Positions 47,844 through 54,102 of a stretch of DNA of 54,102 nucleotides are shown here, piece by piece. Numbering within the stretch: position 1 is the stretch's first letter; every line of letters starts with the position of its first letter. Under the pieces are notes generated by a model. The model made no database searches. It worked only from the letters and a program-made list of their open reading frames with translations, and had not been told where the DNA came from. The stretch spans positions 1 through 54,102 of the forward strand of contig DATBWS010000003.1 of assembly GCA_036514675.1 (NCBI GenBank), read 5' to 3'. Both the position numbers and the translations under genes were made by a program. The DNA is from Candidatus Hydromicrobium sp. GTDB lineage: Bacteria; Actinomycetota; Humimicrobiia; Humimicrobiales; Humimicrobiaceae.

Positions 47844-49988
47844 ATGGAAAAAAGTTACACATTAGATATTGGCGGAAAGAAAATGATTTTTTCAACCGGC
47901 AAAATAGCAAGACTGGCTAATTCAGTTCTTGTTAAATTTGGCGGGAATGGAGTGTTGATTACCGCAGTTATGAGTCAAAATCCATCCGGGAATATAGATT
48001 TTTTCCCTCTGGTAGTGGATGTCGAAGAGAGAATGTATGCAGCGGGAAAAATACCCGGAGGATTCTTTAAGAGAGAAGGCAGAGCAAGTGATAAGGCAAT
48101 TCTTAATTCAAGATTAACCGATAGGCCTTTAAGACCGCTATTTAATAAAAACATAAGGAATGAAGTTCAATTGATCGGTACAGTTATTTCTTTCGATCAA
48201 ATCAATCCTTATGATATTTCGGTAATAAATGGGGCTTCGATGGTATTGTATATATCGGATATACCTTTCGAAGAACCTGTTGGTGCGGTCAGAATAGGCA
48301 AAGTAGGGGAGAACTGGATAATAAACCCGGATTATAGCGAAATCGAAGAAAGTGTCATAGACATAGTAGTAGCCGGAACGGAAGAGGCAATATTGATGGT
48401 GGAAGCCGGAGGTAAGGAAGTTTCAGAAGAAATAGCGCTGGAAGCCATAGAAAGAGCGCACAGCGAAATAAAAAAAATTGTAAAATTTCAAAAAGAATTT
48501 AAGGAAATAGCAGGTAAAGAAAAAAGAAAAACAATTAACTTTGAATTGAATAAAAATGTCGAAAAAAAAGTAAGAGAACTGGCAGAAGGAAGAATTCAGG
48601 AAATTTTAGACGATATTGTGAAATATTCCGGCGATGATAAAAAGAAGGCTTTACTGGATAATACTGCCAGAGGTTATTTTCAGGATAAGGTACTGATCAT
48701 AAAGGAAGAGACCGGAAAAGAGCTGGAATCCGAATTTCCGGAAGAGAAAGAGAGCATAGACGTAAGTTTTGGCGATCTTGAGAGAGAGCTGGTAAGAAAG
48801 ATGATCCTGGAAAAAGGGATAAGACCCGATGGCAGAAAACCTGATGAAATAAGAGAAATAAGCTGTGAGGTAGGATTGTTTCCAGAAACAACACACGGCA
48901 TTGGTCTTTTTACCAGAGGAAAAACACAGGTTTTGACCATACTGGCCTTAGGTTCGATAAGGGAAGCGCAAAAAATAGATAGCCTGGGAAAAGAAGAATT
49001 CAAGAGATATATACATCATTATAATTTCCCACCTTTCAGCACAGGTGAAACCTGGCCGCTGAGAGGACCGAAAAGAAGAGAAATAGGGCACGGAGCACTG
49101 GCAGAAAAAGCACTGAGACCGATGATTCCCGATGAGGATAAATTTCCGTATGTATTAAGACTTGTATCAGAAGCTCTGGAATCCAATGGTTCCACCTCGA
49201 TGGCCAGTGTGTGCGGGAGCACCCTCGCTCTGATGGACGCAGGAGTTCCAATATTAAATCCGGTTTCCGGCATAGCAATGGGTCTTATCAAAGGTGAAGA
49301 TGATAAGTATATTATATTAAAAGATATACAGGGTCTGGAAGATTTTTATGGCGATATGGACTTTAAAGTTGCAGGAACCAAAAATGGAATTACTGCACTG
49401 CAAATGGATATGAAAATAAAAGGTATCAATCTGGATATCATAAAAGAGGCACTGGAGAAGGCAAGAGAAGGAAGATTGTTCATACTGGACAGGATGCTTG
49501 AAGTAATTCCGGAACCAAGAGAATCTCTGGCCAGGTGTGCACCGAAAATAACTACTTTTAAAGTTCCCAAAGAAAAGATTGGCGAGATCATAGGACCGGG
49601 CGGGAAAAATATTAAAAGCATAAAAGAAGAATTTGATTTGGAAGAAATTGATATAAGTGATTATAATGGGGAAGGTCTGGTTTCTATTACTTCCTCCAAT
49701 GATGTCAATATCGAAATGGCAAAGAAGAGGATAGAAGGAATGTTAAGGAACGTTGAAGATATAAAAGTGGGGGAAGAGTTTTTAGGAACCGTGGTGGGCA
49801 TAACCAGTTATGGAGCTTTTATTAATTTAATTCCCGGAGTTGACGGGCTTCTTCATATATCCAAAGTTTCAAACGAAAGGATAAAAGACGTTAACGATTA
49901 TTTAAAAATAGGTGATAAAATACTGGTTAGAGTCGGTAATATCGATTCCAGAACCAAAAAAATAGGTCTGGAAAGAACCGATATCTGA
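47844..49988 (+). CDS. pnp: Polyribonucleotide nucleotidyltransferase (PNPase)
   Basis: Two RNase PH domains (GPKRREIGHGALAE). KH (IGPGGKNIK) and S1 domains at the C-terminus. Confidence 0.95.
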   Translation: MEKSYTLDIGGKKMIFSTGKIARLANSVLVKFGGNGVLITAVMSQNPSGNIDFFPLVVDVEERMYAAGKIPGGFFKREGRASDKAILNSRLTDRPLRPLFNKNIRNEVQLIGTVISFDQINPYDISVINGASMVLYISDIPFEEPVGAVRIGKVGENWIINPDYSEIEESVIDIVVAGTEEAILMVEAGGKEVSEEIALEAIERAHSEIKKIVKFQKEFKEIAGKEKRKTINFELNKNVEKKVRELAEGRIQEILDDIVKYSGDDKKKALLDNTARGYFQDKVLIIKEETGKELESEFPEEKESIDVSFGDLERELVRKMILEKGIRPDGRKPDEIREISCEVGLFPETTHGIGLFTRGKTQVLTILALGSIREAQKIDSLGKEEFKRYIHHYNFPPFSTGETWPLRGPKRREIGHGALAEKALRPMIPDEDKFPYVLRLVSEALESNGSTSMASVCGSTLALMDAGVPILNPVSGIAMGLIKGEDDKYIILKDIQGLEDFYGDMDFKVAGTKNGITALQMDMKIKGINLDIIKEALEKAREGRLFILDRMLEVIPEPRESLARCAPKITTFKVPKEKIGEIIGPGGKNIKSIKEEFDLEEIDISDYNGEGLVSITSSNDVNIEMAKKRIEGMLRNVEDIKVGEEFLGTVVGITSYGAFINLIPGVDGLLHISKVSNERIKDVNDYLKIGDKILVRVGNIDSRTKKIGLERTDI

Positions 49989-50015
49989 ATATTTTATGAT
50001 GAGGTAAATAATAAA

Positions 50016-51293
50016 ATAGTTTCTTCAAATAGTGTAAAATTCGATAAGTATGAAATAACTGAATTAAATAATGGAATAAGAGTTATTAGTGAGTATTTAC
50101 CCCATTTCAGGTCAATATCAATGGGTTTCTGGATACAGACCGGATCCAGAAATGAAAATAAAAGCATCAGTGGAATTTCTCATCTTATAGAACATCTTGT
50201 TTTCAAGGGTACCAGGAAAAGAAACTATAGAGATATAGCCATTGAGTTCGATTTAATGGGTGCCGAATTCAATGCATTCACCGATAAAGAAAACTGCTGC
50301 ATCTATGCTGATTTTATCGATACCCATCTGGACAATTGTATGGAACTTTTGTTTGATATATTAATGAATCCATCTTTCCGGACAGAGCATATCAAAACCG
50401 AAAAAAAGGTAATATTTGAGGAAATAAAGATGGTGGACGACAATCCTTCCGATAATATCATGAATTATTTCTATGAAACAGTTCTGGATGGCCACCCTCT
50501 CAGTCTCCCGATTCTGGGTACCAAAAATTCTCTTAAAGAAATCAAAAAATCCACGATACTGAAATATTTCAAAAATGAGTTCGATATAAGTACCGCCGTT
50601 ATTTCAGCTGCAGGTAATATAAAACATGAAGATTTGATAGATGAAATTAAAAAAAATACGGATAGAATAGAGGGTAAAAAACACAACGCAAATTTTTCGG
50701 GAAAGGAACCTCTGTCTAATGGAAGTGTAAAAAAGATATATAGCGGCAAGACCAGTTCGATTCATATGTGTTTTGGCGGGCTGGGCTGCAGAAGGGATAG
50801 CGGGGATAAATATCCGCTTTCGCTGTTTACAAATTTGCTTGGAGGGAGCATAAGCAGCAGATTATTTCAGAAAATAAGAGAGGAAGAAGGTCTGGCCTAC
50901 TCGATTTTTAGCAGTAATGTTCAGTATCTGGATACAGGGATAATAATTATATATTCGGCTTCCTCACCTAAAAATACGGATAGAATTTTGAAATTGATTA
51001 AAGATGAAATAGTTGATATTAACAGGCACGGAGTAAAAGATGTTGAACTGGAAAGGGCTAGGGAAAATTTAAAAGGAAATATCGTTCTGGGGATCGAAGA
51101 TATAAGCTCAAGGATGTTCAGGCTGGGCAAAGGGCTCCTGTTTGATAAAAAAGTTTTGACTATTGAACAGATATTAAAGAAAATAGATAAGGTAAGGCGA
51201 AATGATTTAGATGATATAGTAGGTAAGTATTTCAAGTTAGATAAAATGAGTCTTGTGGCACTGGGAAAACTAAATAAAGGTGGGTTATCATGA
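50016..51293 (+). CDS. M16 family zinc peptidase (MlpA/YmxG-like), apparent non-canonical start
   Basis: HLIEH (HxxEH) zinc motif. The frame is open from 49989 and encodes ..YEITELNNGIRVISEYLPHFRSIS upstream of the first ATG (50121), with no ATG/GTG/TTG in that stretch. ATA 50016 lies 10 nt after GAGGT. Start is uncertain. Confidence 0.7.
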   Translation: MVSSNSVKFDKYEITELNNGIRVISEYLPHFRSISMGFWIQTGSRNENKSISGISHLIEHLVFKGTRKRNYRDIAIEFDLMGAEFNAFTDKENCCIYADFIDTHLDNCMELLFDILMNPSFRTEHIKTEKKVIFEEIKMVDDNPSDNIMNYFYETVLDGHPLSLPILGTKNSLKEIKKSTILKYFKNEFDISTAVISAAGNIKHEDLIDEIKKNTDRIEGKKHNANFSGKEPLSNGSVKKIYSGKTSSIHMCFGGLGCRRDSGDKYPLSLFTNLLGGSISSRLFQKIREEEGLAYSIFSSNVQYLDTGIIIIYSASSPKNTDRILKLIKDEIVDINRHGVKDVELERARENLKGNIVLGIEDISSRMFRLGKGLLFDKKVLTIEQILKKIDKVRRNDLDDIVGKYFKLDKMSLVALGKLNKGGLS

Positions 51294-52087
51294 AAAAAAT
51301 AGTGATGTTCGGTATTTGCGGAAATATGGGAGCGTCTATTTCCAGGGAATTGATAAAAGAAGAAGAAATAGAACTGGTAGGAGGTTTTGATATTATAAAT
51401 ACGGATGCTGATGTGGGAGAGTTTTTAGTCGGTAAAAAAACAGGATACAAAATTTATAATTCCTATGAGGATATTAAAAAGTTAAGTCCGGATATTATTA
51501 TTGATTTTACCAGCGCAAATGTGGCCAATAAAAATATAAATTGGGCTATTGATAATAATATAAATATAATAGTTGGAACTACCGGCTTGAGCAATAAGGA
51601 TTTAAGTAGAATTGAAAGTAAGGCTTTAAAGTCCGGCAGTAAAACGCTTATTGCTCCTAATTTTTCTATCGGAGCCGTAATTATGATTAAAATTTCGAGG
51701 ATGATATCAAAATATTTTGATAATTGCGAAATAATCGAGATGCATCATGATAAAAAAAGAGATGCTCCTTCCGGAACCTCCATACTGACTGCGGATGAGA
51801 TAAGCCTTGGTAATATTTTTAACAAGTCAAGGCTAAAAGAGGGCGAGACTGAAAACATAGAAGGCTGCAGAGGAGGACTTGCCGGAGGTATTCATATTCA
51901 CAGCATAAGGCTGCCGGGACTGCTGGCGCATCAGAATGTTATTTTCGGAGCAAAGGGTCAGACTTTATCTATAAAACATGACAGTCTGGATAGATCATCG
52001 TTTTATCCCGGAGTCATTCTTGCCATTAAAAATCTGGACAGGCTTTCCAATTTTACTTTTGGATTGGATAAATTAATAGACATTTAA
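51290..52087 (+). CDS. dapB: 4-hydroxy-tetrahydrodipicolinate reductase
   Basis: N-terminal GICGNMG Rossmann loop, EMHHDKKRDAPSGT motif. Overlaps the upstream stop (ATGA). Confidence 0.9.
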   Translation: MKKIVMFGICGNMGASISRELIKEEEIELVGGFDIINTDADVGEFLVGKKTGYKIYNSYEDIKKLSPDIIIDFTSANVANKNINWAIDNNINIIVGTTGLSNKDLSRIESKALKSGSKTLIAPNFSIGAVIMIKISRMISKYFDNCEIIEMHHDKKRDAPSGTSILTADEISLGNIFNKSRLKEGETENIEGCRGGLAGGIHIHSIRLPGLLAHQNVIFGAKGQTLSIKHDSLDRSSFYPGVILAIKNLDRLSNFTFGLDKLIDI

Positions 52088-52113
52088 TCGCGTTATTATT
52101 TGAGGAGGATTAT

Positions 52114-52998
52114 ATGATAAATATAGGTGAGGTAATTACAGCAATGGTAACCCCATTTGATAAAAACTATAATCTGGATCTTGATTCTTGCAGAAAATTG
52201 CTGGATTACTTGATTGATGAGGGAAGCGATGGAATTTTACTATCGGGTTCCACAGGAGAAGCTTCAACTCTGGATGACGATGAAAAGATAAAATTATTTA
52301 AATTTGCAAAAGATAATTTCGGAGATAAAGTTAAAATTATTGCAGGAACCGGTTCCAATGATACCAGGCATTCTATAGAATTATCAAAAGAAGCGGAGAA
52401 AATAGGGGTAGACTGCCTGCTTCTGGTTACGCCTTATTATAACAAGCCTTCTCAGCTGGGTCTTTTTAAACATTTTGAGGCAATTGCCGCTGAGGTTAAA
52501 ATCCCTATAATAATTTATAATGTTCCCTCAAGGACGTCATCCAATATAAGTTCAAAGACCTGTGTGGAACTTTCGAAAATTGATAATATTTGCGGAATCA
52601 AAGAAGCCAGCAGTGATATGAGGCAGATTTCGGAAATAATCAGGGATACCGGCGAGAACTTCCTGGTGTATAGCGGTAATGATGGCGATACATTACCAAT
52701 ATTATCCCTGGGAGGATATGGCGTCATTAGTGTTGCTTCTCATATTATCTGTAGGGAAATAAAAGAAATGGTAACCAGTTTTAAAAGAGGGGATTTTAGA
52801 AAAGCAGCTAAAATGCACCGTGATCTGTTAGATATATTCTATGGGATTTTTATAGCCACGAATCCGGTTCCTATTAAGGAGGCATTGAATTTAAAGGGTG
52901 TAAGTGTCGGTCCATGCAGGCTTCCGTTATGCTCTATGGAAGATAAAGAGCTATTAGCTTTTAAGGCAATTCTAAAAAAACACAAGATAGTAAATTAA
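52114..52998 (+). CDS. dapA: 4-hydroxy-tetrahydrodipicolinate synthase
   Basis: GSTGEASTL, TPYYNKPSQ and GIKEAS (Schiff-base Lys) motifs. Confidence 0.95.
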   Translation: MINIGEVITAMVTPFDKNYNLDLDSCRKLLDYLIDEGSDGILLSGSTGEASTLDDDEKIKLFKFAKDNFGDKVKIIAGTGSNDTRHSIELSKEAEKIGVDCLLLVTPYYNKPSQLGLFKHFEAIAAEVKIPIIIYNVPSRTSSNISSKTCVELSKIDNICGIKEASSDMRQISEIIRDTGENFLVYSGNDGDTLPILSLGGYGVISVASHIICREIKEMVTSFKRGDFRKAAKMHRDLLDIFYGIFIATNPVPIKEALNLKGVSVGPCRLPLCSMEDKELLAFKAILKKHKIVN

Positions 52999-53038
52999 TT
53001 AGAAGTAAACTTTTGTAAATAAATAATTATGGCAAAAA

Positions 53039-54102
53039 AAACTAGTTTAAAATTAATACCCCTGGGAGGTTTAAGCGGTATCGGCAAAAATATGATGGTC
53101 TTTGAAAAAGATAATCAGATCATAATTGTTGATTGTGGAATAATGTTTCCGGATGATGATATGCCGGGAATTGATTTTATAATACCCGATTTTTCATATG
53201 TTAAGAAAAATGAAAGCAAAGTAAAAGCAATAATACTCACACACGGACATGAAGACCATATAGGTGGCCTGCCGTTTTTATTCAAAGAAATCAACGTACC
53301 TGTATATGCGACCAGACTTACCATAGGTCTGGCTAAAATAAAGTTTGATAACTCTCAAAATATAATTCCGGTAAAATATAATGAGATTAATCCCGATGAA
53401 CAGCTGGACATTGGACCATTTCATATAAATTTTTTTAGGGTTAATCACAGCGTACCGGATGGGGTGGGATTAATTATAAAAACAGATATCGGGACTGTAA
53501 TACACACCGGAGATTTTAAATTTGATTATGCTCCCATTGATAACAAGGTAACCCAATTTTCAAAAATTGCCAGAGCTGGTGAAGAAGGCGTACTGGCTCT
53601 TTTATGCGATAGCACCAATGCCGAAGAGAGTGGGTTTACCCTTCCGGAAAAGGATGTAGGGAAAACGCTGTTAGAAAAATTCGAGAAGGCTTCAAAAAGG
53701 ATTATTGTTGCCACTTTCTCCTCCCATATACACAGGATACAGCAGGTACTGGATGTAGCCAGTAAACTGGAGAAAAAGGTTGCTATTTCCGGTAAATCAA
53801 TTTTGAAGACAATCAGAGTTTCTACTGAACTGGGTTATTTAAAAATACCCGAAGACACCATAATCCCAATATCCAAAATTGATGAGTTTCCGATAAAAGA
53901 AATAGTTATACTTTCTACAGGGAGTCAGGGTGAGCCGCTCTCGGCCCTAAACCGGATGGCTCTGGGAGAACACAAAAGAATTAGTATTATGAAAGGGGAT
54001 ATGGTGATAATCTCAGCATCTCCGGTTCCGGGAAACGAAAGGGCTATATCCAATACTATTAACAGACTCATAAAACAGGGAGCAGATGTTTTTTATGAAT
54101 CT
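53039..54102 (+). CDS. rnj: Ribonuclease J, 3'-truncated by the window edge
   Basis: Not in the ORF track because there is no stop before the window end. ATG 53039 encodes MAKKTSLKLIPLGGLSGIGKNMMVF.., beta-lactamase motif THGHEDHIGG, CDSTNAE, and stays open to 54102. dapA-rnj order as in Bacillus. Confidence 0.9.

Noticed and set aside
1-54102. A scan of all intergenic gaps over 80 nt for tRNA, rRNA, tmRNA, SRP RNA, riboswitches or T-boxes (before proS, dapB/dapA and ribF) and CRISPR repeats.
   Set aside because: No cloverleaf-like or known leader signatures were recognised. The gaps before proS, dapB, dapA and ribF are too short (under 60 nt) to hold T-box, lysine or FMN riboswitches. Covariance-model scans would be needed for certainty.

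Overview
This is an AT-rich bacterial chromosomal segment. It is almost entirely core housekeeping genes, tightly packed, and all but one (rpmB) lie on the + strand. Gene order resembles the Firmicutes/Clostridia macromolecular-synthesis region: priA-def-fmt-rsmB, rpmB/yloV, rsmD-coaD, rpmF, plsX-acpP-rnc-smc-ftsY-ffh-rpsP-KH-rimM-trmD-rplS-lepB-rnhB-yraN, comM-dprA, xerC, rpsB-tsf-pyrH-frr-uppS-rseP-ispG-proS, recD2, nusA-infB-rbfA-nrnA-truB-ribF-rpsO-pnp-M16 peptidase-dapB-dapA-RNase J. I found no rRNA, tRNA, CRISPR array, transposase or phage genes. TGA, TAA and TAG all act as stops, consistent with the standard code. Accessory-looking insertions are a VapBC-like toxin-antitoxin pair plus a GNAT acetyltransferase, a GAF-PAS-HD-GYP signalling protein, an ADP-forming acetyl-CoA synthetase coupled to a stand-alone Pta-N-terminal-like (DRTGG) protein, and one ORFan. 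I do not see a convincing novel multi-gene defence-type system. The observations most worth a second look are: (1) an SMC in the canonical rnc-smc-ftsY slot that is only 772 aa, with no hinge I can recognise; (2) truB split by a frameshift inside a T9A8 homopolymer tract; (3) three conserved genes (rsmD, yraN, M16 peptidase) whose conserved N-terminal coding sequence lies upstream of any ATG/GTG/TTG, implying ATT/ATA/ATC initiation or local sequence errors; (4) a ProRS lacking the INS editing domain, with a Cys4 cluster at the deletion site; (5) a promoter-plus-terminator leader directly upstream of nusA, with rimP absent. All calls come from reading motifs in the supplied translations and the DNA; no database search was possible.
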